This document shows, one piece after another, positions 11,224 to 25,699 of a stretch of 64,000 nt of DNA. Below the pieces are notes generated by a model that saw only the letters and a program-made list of their open reading frames with translations, was not told the DNA's origin and did no database searches. Origin of the DNA: Octopus bimaculoides (Eukaryota). The translations under genes were made by a program, and so were the position numbers. The stretch spans positions 3,120,634 to 3,184,633 of the forward strand of contig NC_068990.1 of assembly GCF_001194135.2 (NCBI RefSeq), written 5' to 3'. Positions within the stretch are counted from its first letter, which is position 1. Every line of letters starts with the position of its first letter.

Positions 11224-13617
11224 AATAGTTTGTTTTTTTTCATTTCGTAATATACATTGGGTCTTTTATATTTATACATTTGTAATTTATACTCCGGATA
11301 GAAGCTTATCATTTGATAAATTCCAACCCATATTAGACAATATTTGCTAAGAGAGTTTGACACCTTTAAAGGTATTTACCCTCTCTTAAATAATGGAAAT
11401 CACATTCTTATAAAATAGAAAAATTCTTTGTTTGCATCAATTTTATTTTATTATACTTACCTAATACTATACAATGTGTTAGGTTATTTTGTTCGTTTAT
11501 ATAATATGTTATAAGTTTTATAAAAACATGCATATATCTATGTACGTACGTATGTATGTACGTGTGTGTGTTGAGTGTGTGAGTATCCAGGAAGAAAGAG
11601 GCATACAACAAAGGGTGTGTACGCTAACAACGTATTGCATCAGAGAAAATTTCAACTGAATTCACTAAATCTGAATTTAAGTCATTCCTCTTTGCATTAA
11701 ATCTCAGTCTTAGGCGCCTAATTTGACGAGGGAAAGATTGAGGAAAGAAAGATATCAGCAGCATCACTCCATATAAATTTAAGCTCAAGTATATTCCTTT
11801 AATTAATATCCGTGATTATTTTTTCAATGAGGTATTTGTTATGATTAGAAAACTAACAATCAGGTGGGAAAAGAATACTAATTGGTGGAGGGGAAGGGTA
11901 ATTCCAGAGATGACAAATTAATTTCGTAGTGACAAAATGATAGTTAATGATTAATGGAATAATCTTACCTTTATTAGCTGGGATTATCGCTAATATGGAA
12001 ATATTTTATTATGTTTAAAACTTTTTAGCCACGTGTAATCTTTTCTAAGCCTTGGTGATTCGAAGTCATAGAATTTTGGAAGTAGGAGAAAATGTTACAA
12101 AAAATCTTTGTGATTTTCCTAATTAAAGAAACTCAAGCAAAGCAAAGACAAATAAAATTAGCGAGTTGAAGACATGAATTTATATAAATGGCGTATTCAA
12201 TTGGTTTTACCAAGTTTATTTCAGACGGACATAAATGTTGACCAGCCTATGGAGAGAGCGTGTACGATCTCACAGAAATTGATGCATATAGCAACAAAAT
12301 GTTTTTTACATGACACCACGTCTGTTTAGAAAACACGAGTACATTACAAAGGAATTCAGAGACTGCTCTCTTTGAAAGAAAATTGAAAGAATGGCACGAT
12401 TGGAATTTATTTGATCATAGATATGCGCCGTCAAAATTTACCTTAGTCTATACGAGAGCATTTTATATTTGAAAACTTCCGCTAAGCATATCGAAATATT
12501 TCGTTTTCATTTACCACTACTTTCGATAAACTATTGAAAATAATTTTGCAAAAATGATACGTGTGTATATGCATGCATGTTTGTGTAGACATATACGCAT
12601 ATATAGTTACGTAAATGTGTGTCCGCATGTGTGTGCGTGTGTGTGTGTGTTGCATTTAGATGTGTACTCGTATGTATATGTGAATGCACATTATACGTCG
12701 GCCTCATTATAATTATGAAACAATAGATTGCAAATTATTATTTGCCCGTAAGGCTAGTTTGCTGCTTTACCGGGGGCATATTTCTGTGAAACTGCGTGTG
12801 ATAACTGGCATTTAATTAAATTGTAGTAATTAAAAGTGACTGCGGGCATGGCGCAATTGAGAAACGAATTTATAATCAAAATTACTTTAGACGAAATTTC
12901 TGTCTTGCAGATTAATTTTCAGAATCAACAATGCACAACTGTAACCGACAGGGCCACAAATTCGACATGAAATTTGCTTGCGCAATATTACATTTTAATG
13001 CGATCATTATATTTTATTACAAATTTCTATGCTGCCTTTTATATAATATTTATTTCCAATATTCTTTAACTTCATTCCTTGCAGTTTCTATAATCTTCCT
13101 TCTCTTTTCTCCTAAGCATGCTGTTTTCATCGCACATGTCTCTCCCTTACTGTTTTTTGTGCGTATATTCGTGTGTGTATGTGTATATATATATTAATAT
13201 ATAGAGCATTCACACGTAAAAATGTAGACATGTATTGTTATACGTATATATACATAGATATAAGTATGATATGTATGTGCCTATATAGATAGATAGACAG
13301 ACAGACAGAAGGAGAGATAGATAGATATACACATACATATGGATGGATGGATGGATGGATGGATGGATGGATGGATGGATGGATGCGCCTTCACATAGGT
13401 GACCTACCAATTTTAGTATCTAATAGAACATTTCAGCAAACATCATAATTCTTTCTACATTAGTAAGAATCTACTCTACGAGATTTGAAGTCAGTCATAC
13501 AAATGCCAAGCTCGAATCCCTTCTCTCTTCTTTGACTCTTGCAAATTTCTACCTATCAAAAATAATGAAAAATATATAATTTTTATATACTCTTGACTGA
13601 ATCCTGTTTCTCTCCTT

Positions 13618-13763
13618 TCTGGTAAGAACTTTGCTTCCCAACCATATGATTCCGGGTTCCGTCCCACTGCGTGGCACCTTCGGAGAGTGTTTTCTACGAT
13701 AGCCTCCGGCCGACCAAATTATTATGAGGGGATTTGGTAGACGGAAACTGAAAGAAGTCCATC

Positions 13764-13805
<42 letters not shown>

Positions 13806-14392
13806 GTGTGTGTGTTCTTGTGTCTATGTTTTCCCTCGAAACTCAACGGTTTAGCAAAAGTTTTGTTTGTTGGCACTCCGTCGCTTACGACGTCGAGGGT
13901 TCCAGTTGATCCGATCAACGGAACAGCCTACTTGTGAAATTAACGTGCAAGTGGCTGAGCACTCCACAGACATGTGTACCCTTAACGTAGTTCTCGGGGA
14001 TATTCAGCGTGACACAGTGTGACAAGGCTGACTCTTTGAATTACAGGCACAACAGAAACAAGAAGTAAGAGTGAGAGAAAGTTGTGGTGAAAGAGTACAG
14101 CAGGGTTCGCCACCACCCACCCCCTGCAGGAGCCTCATGGAGCTTAAGGTGTTTTCGCTCAATAAACACTCACAACGCCCGGTCTGAGAGTCGAAACAGC
14201 GATCCTACGACCGCGAGTCCGCTGCCCTAATCACTAGGCCATTGCGCCTCCACTTAGCAAAAGAAGCCGATAGAATAAGTACTAGGCCTACAAAGAATAA
14301 GTCTTGGGATCGAATTCTTCGATTAAAGGCGGAGTTCCAGCATGGCTGCATTCACATGACTAAAATAAATAAAAACAATAAAAAAGAATAAG
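13618..14392 (+). mobile_element. SINE family A (tRNA-derived, CORE-like, internal TA/TG microsatellite), split by a family B insertion
   Basis: Head TGGTAAGAACTTTGCTTCCCAACCATATGATTCCGGGTTCCGTCCC with A/B-box-like motifs; CORE-like GGCACCTT..AGTGT.TTCTAC.ATAGCCTC; resumes at 14254 and ends in an A-rich AAAAAGAATAAG tail. Confidence 0.8.
13861..14253 (-). mobile_element. SINE family B, full length (393 bp), tRNA-derived head, flanked by a 10-bp TSD
   Basis: The minus strand begins GTGGAGGCGCAATGGCCTAGTGATTAGGGCAGCGGACTCGCGGTCGTAGGATCGCTGTTTCGACTCTCAGACCGGG (tRNA-like A and B boxes) and ends AACAAACAAAA. Exact TTAGCAAAAG repeats lie at 13851-13860 and 14254-14263. Confidence 0.9.
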
Positions 14393-15822
14393 AAGGATAT
14401 GCATAGATATATATATACATACATATACATTGCTGTGATCGTCGTCTTTGTTCTTTTTGCTGTCGTTGATGTTGTGGGTGCGTATATGTGTGAATGAGAG
14501 TGAATGAAAGCCACTTGTCTTATTTCTTTTTTTTTTTTTGTCAATAGAGAAATATCGGTTTCTAACTTAGATCGAATGTTCTTTCATTAGAATTTCCATA
14601 ACATCCACATGTTGTTTGTGCATGTTTGTGTGCATGTGTGCAATTTTTAGGACTTAATGCATATCTGTATCTCTATTATTGTTTTACGTATGAATACTCA
14701 GACATATTGTTTCACGTCTAAACACATGCACAAGAACTTATATTGCTAAACGTTTGGAAAGTTATTCATATTTTACCGTTCCATTCTTAGCTTTGGTAGC
14801 TTGTAACTGTAGTATTGTAATTAGCTATCTCATTTCTGGTTTTGAGAAACTTAATTTCTCAAGATGCTGCGACAATCTGTTACATATACAAATGCTAAGG
14901 CGGTTTATTACGCATACAAGTTCTGAGGCTGTTTGGTACCTATACAAATATAGATGTATAAATCTAGACATGCAATCGGAGTGTTGCGTATGGAAATTTC
15001 TCAACAATCCAGCAGAGGCATTTTCTTTTTTCTGGTATTTAGCATTATGTTGATTAATGCTCCTTAGTAGATTTCCACAAGTGGACATAGTTTCTCTACT
15101 CTCTGCCAACTGTTTAGATCTGATCCGTTGTGTTTGTGTTTTATTTTTTTCCAGGGATATACCAACAATACTTTTTCATATTATAAGTGATAGTGGTCTC
15201 TACCGCTATGTAGGCTCTTATATATTTGATTTCAGGATTATCCTTCCGACAAATGTCACTTGACACAGGTTTTGCCCACAGATAACAAAATGGCATTTTC
15301 GGACGACTGTTTGTGATGCAGTGATAATGTAATTCTCCGGTCAAAAAAATAATTGATGTGCATCAGCCGGAATGTTAGCGTCCCAGATCACACAAATTGA
15401 GGTTATTGTAACCAAACTGATGACAGAACAGTCTGGTTACAAAAGAAAGTTCCTAACAACAGGCTCGAGCCTGCGCACTTTGAGAGACCATATTATAAAT
15501 AATAACTGGATATAACTATATAATTCTAATATATATGTAAATTCCTTTGTCTTTGAACACCTGCAATCATTTTTGCATAACCTTTCGCTTTCTATCCGTA
15601 AATGTATGCAAATACACACACTCACACCCACATGCAATCAAATATAATTATGCACGTGTGTATGTATATATATATATTCATATGTGAGTGTATGCGTATA
15701 TGTGTATATGGATATGCACATATGTGAGTGTATATCTATATACACATATATATAAATATATATACACACATATTTATATATATATATATACTTGTGTGAA
15801 CATATACTTAATATATACGAGT

Positions 15823-15945
15823 ATAATAATAATGATGATGATGATGATGACGATGATGATCAGGATCAGGATCATGATGATCATGATTATTATTATTATT
15901 ATTATCATGGTCATGATGGTGAATATACAAATAATAATGCACATG

Positions 15946-15990
<45 letters not shown>

Positions 15991-16026
15991 GCAACAACAA
16001 CAACAACAACAACAATAACAATAATA
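15823..16026. repeat. Compound trinucleotide microsatellite (GAT/TAT/AAT/CAA)
   Basis: Seen directly. Confidence 0.9.
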
Positions 16027-16471
16027 GAATATGATGGCGGCTGTGAAGTTGGGTAAAAGGTAAAGACGAAACCACACGTAAGTGACTATAATATAGATGA
16101 TAAGCTTGAAAGAAATTTGATGAGATGTCTACACTTCAGGGTGTTTCTAGTTAATATACTACAACAATTGTGCTTAATTGGCAGGGATGATCTTCCCACT
16201 ATTTATGATGTACTTCACTAATTGAGCGGTTCCAGAGTATACTCAAATTTAATAATTATTAGCAATGAGAGGATTTAGTTACGTAACGTTTTGATATATA
16301 CTCACAACCTAATATGCATATAATATTCGCGAAATACATTTATTCATATATACAAAATACAAACACACACACATATTATACATATATGTACACGAATATA
16401 TATATAGATACATGGATAGATATGTGTGCGTTTGTTCGTATGTGTGTATATATTCATCTGTATCTATCTAT

Positions 16472-16544
<73 letters not shown>

Positions 16545-18677
16545 TGTAAATATGCATTTATATTTTCATGTATATGCATGTAATATGTATGAATACGCTC
16601 ATAGATATATAAGGCTAAATGAACATACGTAAATGTATGCGTTCATACAGATTCATATTTATATATACTATGCACATAGAGACATGCGCGCGCGTGTGTG
16701 TATATGTCTGTCTGTCTGTGTCTGTCTCTATGCTTATCCGTATGTAAGTATATATGTATATACGTTTATACACAATTTCTTTTACACTCATATTTATTTA
16801 TTTTTAAATAGAAATAGTGATATTAGAGGTGTCTTGTGAAAAGACAACATTTGCTAATTAGAAATTTGCCCTGAGAGATAAGGCATCATTTTCACTGTTA
16901 ATTTATTAATTTACTTTAACAATTCTTTTTGTAATGCAAAAAGAAAATTATGCTCGAAGGTAAATTGGCAACATGAATTTATATTTCGTAAATGTAGAAA
17001 TATATCGTATTTATTAATCATTTATTTGGAAAGAAAAATAAGTCACATTTTTCTTTGTAATTTTATAAATAACAAATCAATAATTTATTATTTATAGCTG
17101 TAAGAAAATATGGCAATTAATCTTATTTTGTGATAATGCATAATTCGAGATATATAAGATTAGTGAAAATTGAAAGTTCAACGAAGAAAATAGGTTACAA
17201 TACGTCGCAAAAGTTATTTCAAACTAAAATCAACTGATCTCAGCAGATATAGTAGTATTGTATAAATCAGACATACGTTTGAAACTATGATAATTAAATA
17301 TTTATCTACAATAAACAATGAGATTTCCTAACGAATCGCACTGAATTCGCAGAAAGTATGTTATGTAATAGTCAATCCATATTGTATAAAATGCATGCAT
17401 GATTCATACAAATACAACAGCAGGTAATATAGAAAATGTTGCTGCGCCACGATAAATTAACTAATTAATTTTACATATTTTCATTTCACGTTACTTCAGT
17501 CAACTCAGCTGAAATTGTGTGCCAGCAAAATAAATTGCTAGTCATTAACCTACGACACAGAACCGTCTAGTTCATTCGTGAATACCAGAATAAACACTCG
17601 TGTAATATGTTTATAGGTTCGTGATAAACGTATTTTAATTATTACTGCTAGGCAAGAAAGGGAAAATGATTAGAGTTAATTAAAGTAAAGCATAGAATAT
17701 TGTGATGAGTTTTGATTTTCAGATGTGTCGTTTCAAGAACGAATGTTACAATCACATTCGATATCATCTGCAAAACTATCTGATGGTTACGATTTCAAAA
17801 TGTATATATAAATAATAGCGGAGAAATCTAGGAATGAATTAAATCTAAAAGCAACCTGGCAAAAGATGTCAAATAATTGTTGGAATTTCAATAGAATGGG
17901 TCGAAGAAATATGACTAAATCTAGATTGTGCTAATTCAAGTAAATGTCTGTATCGGACTCGGTACAGGTGTGCATATTGAATTCAAAGTCAATATCAAAC
18001 GTGCACATTTCAGATATGCGGCTATGTAGTTGTTATATGGTATATTTTTTCTATAATAGTGACACTAGATTACAATCATTAGTTGGATTGATTATATATG
18101 TGTGTGCGCGTGTACGTGTGAATATGTGTGTATGTGTGTGTAAGAGTTGTGAGTATGTGTGTAGGCATTTGTCTGTGTGTTCTTGTGTTTGTGTGTGTGA
18201 GTATGTTGGGTGGCTGCTGAAGAGTTCATTTTGCAAGCAATCATATGATCTCTCTGTCGTACATACATACATACATACCTATGATGTTTCTGTCATACAT
18301 ACATACCTATAGTTTATCGAATATATTCAATGAGAATACAGTATGCTGAATTTCGAGTAAGTGCTCTTGGTAGGGAAATGTCTAAAACCGTAACGTATTT
18401 AGATATTTAATAAGAGCGATATACATTATAAAGTAAGAGCAGGAAGACTACATCAAAAAATCATCACAGAAAATATACGTCCAGAATGATATTGTATTAA
18501 TAGATATATAAATATATAAAGTATGATTATCTAAAATGTTTAAAAAGTTTTTAAATAATCATACTCATATATTTATATATATAACTATTAATACAATATT
18601 ATTTGGGGCGTATAACTTCCGTGATGATTTCTTGATGTAATTCTTTTGTACTCTTACTTTCTTCTTCTTCTTCTTAA

Positions 18678-18708
<31 letters not shown>

Positions 18709-19339
18709 TATTATTATTACTATTATTATTATTATTATTATTACTATTATTATTATTATTATTATTATATACAGCATTGCTTTTTTTTCACTCATATTAC
18801 GTCTCCATTTATATATTTAAATAGTGAATAGTGAATACACAAATACACAATACTTTTCACACGTAACGGCATATAATCATTTAGTTAAATATATGTAGTC
18901 TGTATAATTTTGAAATGAGTGATGATATTCAAATAGTAATATCTAACGGTAATTCGTGACGGTGAACTTTCGTAGCGGAGAAGCCTAGTTAAATGAAACA
19001 CAATGTGATATCACCTGTAGCAATTTAATCAAGAGGAAAAGATGAAAGACTAAGTGAAAAAAGGTAAATATATCAAACGTATTTAGAAAGATGCTCAGAA
19101 GTTTATACTAATTATTTACATTTATATAGTTCTTTGCAAAATTCTCAAATACAGAGACGTAATTTCCGCTGACTTTTACTGGACCTCTGAATCTGATGCA
19201 GCGAATAGAGAAGACCGATTCCCAGAACATAAATCTGATCACATTCTTTGTGATCTGATCACACAGGTGCTGTTAAAGCATGATATATGGTTTTAGGGGT
19301 GTATAACATGCGAGTACATTAATAACCACTGCGACAGGC

Positions 19340-19505
19340 TTCTACGCTGTCTATTTATGAGATTACATGAGATAAAATCTTGCGGGTTTCAAAGCTGTGA
19401 TAGCCTACTCTCGCTATGAGGTACAGCTCAATGGGATGGACGCCCTGACTATCTTTTCTTGAAACAGACTTCTTTACAACACAGATACGCCTGTGTGTGA
19501 AGTTA
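19340..19505 (-). mobile_element. Old, degraded family A SINE head
   Basis: Reverse complement CAGGCGTATCTGTGTTGTAAAGAAGTCTGTTTC...AGACAGCGTAGAAGCCTGTCG loosely parallels 13618-13765. Confidence 0.35.
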
Positions 19506-19915
19506 GTGCAGATAATATCTTATAATGTTTATATAACTAAAGGAAAGGAAGACATTTGACAATCATCTCAGTCTCTACGAGAACAACGACGGATCTGTTT
19601 CAAGTTATTAAGAAATTATTTACAACTTGTATAGATTCTAACAATTATTTAAGTTCGATGAATTAACAAAGTAGACTGACAAATGTAGTTTACCTAGCAA
19701 ATGATAATGATGTTTGTGTAATAAAGAGAACGAAACTTCAATGAACTTTATCTCTGATACTTTTTTCTTTTTTCATTTTCTCTGTTCCTTCATCTAGCTC
19801 TCATTTTTTTGTTTACGCACTTACGCATACACACATATAGATGTCTATGTATATATGTATGTACGTACACATGTACTATGTGCATGTATATACATGCGTG
19901 TGTGTGTACGTATAC

Positions 19916-19970
<55 letters not shown>

Positions 19971-20014
19971 TGCAAAGTTGACCTAAGAATAACAGTAGAA
20001 CGAAATTATCAGTA

Positions 20015-20571
20015 ATAAACTACTTTGACGTGATGTTGGAACAAATTACAGGGAAACACTTCCCACATAGAAAGCCTACCTAGTTATCGCCATACATAAA
20101 TATAATTCGAATCAACCATCATGTATAATCAAAAACTTCGACAGTATTATTAAAAAGGGAATTTCAAAATCTTTAACTGCTAGGGAACTGTTCCACCAAA
20201 TTACACCATTCTATAACGAACCCCTGAATTCTAACGAATTTAATGAAGAGCTTCAATAGGTGTTAATAACAGTACAAAAATACACCAAATAAGAGAAACC
20301 CAGAAAAAGAGATTTCGACAGCTTAAACCCAATGTTAACCATGAAAGTATTAACAAATATTGCAGTCACCTTAACACTAAGCGTTGATCAATTCTCAAGA
20401 GACACAAATACCACAGATAATTCTGCGGAGACAAAAGTCAAATACAACGAAAAAGAAAAAAAGAATACACAGACCATCCAAATATACTGTATAGATAGTT
20501 ATACGATTGTCAATAGTTATTTCCAAAACTGTCTGTCTCCGATGAATATGTGTAATGTTCTATACCAATAG
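20015..20571 (+). mobile_element. Penelope-like element remnant (RT thumb, linker, first GIY-YIG motif; possibly Naiad-type)
   Basis: Frameshifted translation INYFDVMLEQITGKHFPHRKP / PSCIIKNFDSIIKKGISK...FHQITPFYNEPLNSNEFNEELQ / NPMLTMKVLTNIA...NCLSPMNMCNVLYQ follows the PLE pattern N(F/Y)LDV...TGKY.PYRKP, SNHPP.IIK, FNPPY...V.TNIG, CP..G.C...V.Y. Confidence 0.75.
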
Positions 20572-22949
20572 AATGTGTCTTAAATATTTTCATTACATCA
20601 AATAAATGTGGGTTTCTTACTTTTAAACCCATGGCATTCTTTATCTAGTGAATATTTGATCAAAAATATTTTAGAATTATTTCCTATTCCCGTTCATGTT
20701 CAACTATAGGAATATTATCTATTGTGCCTTTCCTTTGTTATTTTTACGCCTTCTGTGATGCATGTGCAAGAAGTGAATCTCGGGATCTCTCTATGTTCTA
20801 TTTTCTTTTTGAAGTTGAAAATATGTTGGCGCGTGTTTTGAAGTTAATTGTGCAAGGAATGTTGAGAACACTTAAATTTTAAAAAGTTTAAAATGTCTTA
20901 AGACAAGCATTTCTTCTAAATTTAGGAAATGAAGTAGACGATCAAATGCTCTGAAGCACGTTAGCAGTAAAGAGAATCAATAACAATTAGGCACTCAGTT
21001 TTGTAGCAACTTTTCGTGCTTTCTTCTATGTACTGAGTTGTCAAATGTCCAATGTTTTGCTTTAGATAACAATGTTAGTACATGATGAGATATTAGTGTT
21101 CTTTAGTGCTTTTAATAATGCATTTTTGCTTGTCAAATAATGGTTTTCTCTGTATATATCTGTGCTTTTATTGTTTATATTAGCATTCTTTTCTTTAGAA
21201 TGTTTTTAATCCTTTGCTAATCCGTTTCTATAAATATTAGGGTCATGATTGCTATGAACATAGTGGTTAGACTTTTCCGCGCATTGCAAAAGATATCCAT
21301 TTTCAACCACTAGTAAACTCTCCAAAGGGGACGTTAACGATAAATTGCATGTATTCTGAAATGTCTTAGGACGAACATTCATTTTTCAGCTAAAGTAATA
21401 GTTCCAATGTTTTGAAGCACTTTTTTTGTAAATAGCACAGCTTCATAGAATAATAAGGACAACTGTTTTCTTAGTGAACCCCTGTGCTTAGTGGATCTCT
21501 AGGAAAGCGTGTTGCCAAAATAAATAACAACAATAACCACGATGATCTTCATTTTCTTTATGCATCGATTCACTGATGGTATGTTCGCCCTGACGTTGAA
21601 TTCTAGCGATGATCTATGAGCTTGCGAATTAACTATCTATCGTTAAAATTAGACGGTAACAAAATACAGGTGTTGAAATTTTCAGCTATGTATTTACCTT
21701 CAGAGAGATTAACCTTCGTGACTTTACTACTATAATTTATTCAAATTTCTCTTATGTCGATTGGCAAAAGGTAATAATGATTTCTATATTTGCAAATGCG
21801 GGGAACATCCTGAGTAACACAAATGGCGGAGGAATTTTGCAAAATGTAAGGGTAAAGGAGAATTCTGATGTGACAAATTACCAACATAACTTTCTTAATC
21901 CTATTTTTCCATTACCCATAGTGTTTGATTTCGTGTCATTTCATGGAATAAACAGACTTGTTTACTATATTTTACATTCCACAATCGCATCATTTCTGTC
22001 ACTTAGCCACCATCGACGCTATTAGTTTTATATGATCTGTGTGAATCAACTTCATGGTATATATCCTATCTCTCCATAACACATTGATGTCTTAACTCGT
22101 AAAAATCGGACATTTGAAATTTGTGAAATGTAGTGACGAAACAGGCAATAGGACAAAATTACTGGAAGAAATTATAGAAAGTTCCTTTACATTCTGTAAA
22201 ATCGCATGACAGGCTCTTGCCATAATGTAAATGTACTGTAATGTATTATCCTCTTATAATTTATTGTTTGGTTAATGAAATTATTACAAAATAGTTGTAT
22301 ATGATAATCTGTTGGACGATGGGGGAATTTTTTCTTTAACATGTAAGTGCGTCTCTTTACATTTTGAATCTTTATCAGTCATATGTAAAAAAAAATACTG
22401 GGGTAGACGTAAGTACTTAACTCACCTCATTCAAATAAGGCATATGCCTCAATTAATTTACAGTCTTTATATAAGCTATTTATGTTAAAGACTTTCTAGT
22501 TATCAAAGAGAGAATTGAATTCCAACTTAATGCACACGTCTAATATATATGTAGCTGAAACTGTAACGGTTTACTAATTGCTTGTTCTTGCATAAACTCC
22601 ATACTGCTATCAGGGTTATCTTCTTTGGAAAAGATCTATCAAAGGAAATATTTGAAACACTCCTTTCTTCCACAAATTCAAATGAAGTGTTTGTATTGTG
22701 TATGACAGTGGACTTTTACAAAGAACGTTTTTTAAATGTGCTTTCATGTTGGCATATAATTATTATACAATTGTGTTCATGTCAATACGATTGCAGACAC
22801 CTATTGTTGTTGATTCCTATCGATTCAGATGCCATGTATAACAGTGGTGCTCTCAAAGAACACAAACAATATGAATAAGTGATATCAGAAAGGAATGAGA
22901 ATTTGAACTCTGTTGTGTACTGCCAATGCTTTTTTTTTTGTTGCTGCCG

Positions 22950-22995
<46 letters not shown>

Positions 22996-23893
22996 AATTA
23001 CTACCGCTACTGCTGCTGCTGCTACATTATAGAATTGTGGCTAATAGATTGTCGAAGCAATAGAGCAAAATGCCTGGAAGAATTAACATAGGGTTCCTTT
23101 ACATTTTGCGCTCAAACCGATCTGATGCATTTCATGTCATCTTGATCGATATGATAATTATCAGCCATGTATTTGGATCCATTAAGTCAATTCTAAAAAT
23201 CAATATTGCCACAATGTTTAACTGGTGATGAAGTATAAAGAGTCATCTCACAATGAACCAAATCCATAATTCGCTTTCCACTCCCGTTGAAATAGATGCT
23301 ATTAACTATTCCTCAGTGCTTAAAATGTGAACCGAATGAATGTCATGAAGTTTAATTCCAGTTCCTATAAATATATATTTATTAAAAAGTTGAAAATCAA
23401 TAAATTTGGTATTTAAATAATTGAGACTGGCACTGTTTATGTCTTCCTGTTTAGAGCATTGTATGTATATTTCGTGATATCACAGATATTAAAATGGATG
23501 ATTTGGTATAACTTATATATATATTTTCTTTATTTTTAGGAAAAAAAACCTTACATTTTCAACATTTATTCGTACCCCTTTTATTCAAAAGCGCTAAATT
23601 CGGCCAGGTTCCTTCTTATTTATATTTCTTAACGATATATGACAGTGCCATAGTCATCGATATGGAATAAATACAAAGTAAGGTTGTCTCTAAAAAGCTT
23701 ATACACACGTGATGCCAACTATAACAGTTAGTTGAATTAATGTTTTGAAACTGTATATACTAACGTAACGTTGGTACAGCTCTTTCAACCACAACAACGA
23801 TAATAAATTTCTTGGCTGTCGATATAGTGAATCCGAGTTTCATACAAAATGCCAACCCACCAATTAGTTGTTTCTTATTCTATAAACTCAATA

Positions 23894-24679
23894 TACGAGG
23901 TTTGATCAACAGGTATCCGGACTGTTGTCATAGTAACGAGGCTAAATCACGCACAGTGAAACCACTTGGCCTTGAACGATGCTGTGCATGCGCATTACGT
24001 TTTAACATTCCAGCTCACATCTACTCTTTACAGCAGTGCTTGGAAGGAACATGTGTAGCGTGTGATCGTCGCATTGACCATGACAGAGAAAGTTGTCATG
24101 AACATATCTGCTCATAGTTCTACGCAAAGTTTCAGAAATTGTATGGAGAGGTGTGTATGAGCCGCACACAAGTGTACAAGTGGTGCAGACGTTTCCAAAA
24201 TGGCCGAAAAAGTGTCGATATTGACGACCGTTCTGGGAGACCCGCAACCAGCAGTCCATTATCGCTGCAGATTTGAATATGACACGCGAGGCTGCAAGGT
24301 TTGTGCCAAAACTGCTTTCAGCTGACGAAAAATACACTCGGGTTTCAGTTGCACAAGTTTTCCTGGATTCTGTCAAGAACGATGAAAACGTTTTCAAAAT
24401 CTTACGTAGACGTTTGAGCCGATAACGCCAAGCTTTTCGGGTCAACATTTTTGTCGTTAAAATTTGATGCAGATTATCTGCTCAACCTTCTCTGTCATGG
24501 TCAATACGACAACCACTCGCAACGCACCTTCATTCCAAATACTGTTGTAAAGAGGGAAAGTGAGCTAGAATGCTACAGCTCGGTGCGCATGCGGTCAATC
24601 TGTGCCAAGCAGCTTTACGCTGTATGCTTTAGCTTTATTGCTACGGCAATAGTCCGGATATTTATTGATCAGACTACTA
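23894..24679. mobile_element. Mariner-derived element made of two inverted 5' ends
   Basis: Starts TA|CGAGGTTTGATCAA. Plus strand has an ATG at 24080 and an HTH region KFQKLYGEVCMSRTQVYKWCRRFQNGRKSVDIDDRSGRP, then ARFVPKLLS. About 24395-24676 is an inverted diverged copy of the same 5' end (MTEKVEQIICIKF from the CAT at 24496-24498). Confidence 0.8.
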
Positions 24680-25268
24680 TTTATTTGTTTAAAGAGTTAA
24701 CATAACTGCTGGGTATAGATCCACAAAAGGCATGGCTTTACAGTTATATTTGTATGAAGGCCTTTATATGTATATCGATTAGAATTACGTGTTTACAACC
24801 ATAAATTCATCCGATATTGTTATGAAGAAAAAATGTCGAGGCAACAGTTATTAAATTATCATATTGTAAATATGTAGAACAATTTAGATTGAAAGAATTT
24901 CTAACAATTTCAGAAGCAACAACGCACTGAAATAGCTAATCTTATTAAAGCATTCTTAAAGAACATATATAGATAATATTGTGCCTTTAACCCTAACGAC
25001 CGACAATCGTACATCATTCTGTAAAGAAAACTGAAGAAAAGAAACAAAAACAAAATGCGTAACGATAAAAGAGTGACTATATTTAGTAAAAGATACAAAG
25101 AGTTCTTATCTTTTATTTAGAGATTATGAAAGTATTGAAGTTTGTAATATCAATAAATATGGATCACACCACATCTAATATAGTGCGGGCTTTCCATCAT
25201 TTTCCTTGCGTATATCTGTTTCTCTCTCCTCTCTTTGTTCACTACTCTCTCTCTCTCACCTCTGTAAA

Positions 25269-25312
<44 letters not shown>

Positions 25313-25447
25313 TATTATATTTATCTTATGATATTTACTTTACTTTATATTATACTCATTTATTGTGCTTTTAATTATTAATTTTTCTATATGTGATAGT
25401 GGATTTTCATCGATGAGTTCTTGAAAATTGGTTATTTTCCCTAAAAC

Positions 25448-25521
<74 letters not shown>

Positions 25522-25699
25522 GTATATACATAATGTGTATATATATATATATATATATAAGTTTTCAGCTTCTGATGATGATCTCAAAAACCAGAAATAT
25601 CAGTGATACTTTTCGCAATTGATCTCTGGGATGCTTCATATTCTATATCTTGTTTCATGTAATGAGATCACAACGGACAACATTATTCGCGGCGTGAAA

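Noticed and set aside
14178-14253. Possible tRNA gene
   Set aside because: It is the head of a SINE: it continues into the SINE body, lacks a proper acceptor stem and terminator, and is flanked by a TSD.
22582-22878. 98-aa ORF, and similar ORFs at 14754-15109, 33947-34228 and 39064-39354
   Set aside because: No recognisable domain or splice structure; length is compatible with chance.
25572-25612. CTGATGA...GAAA hammerhead-like string
   Set aside because: Stem II has a mismatch, the U at 16.1 is missing and no stem I partner is found.
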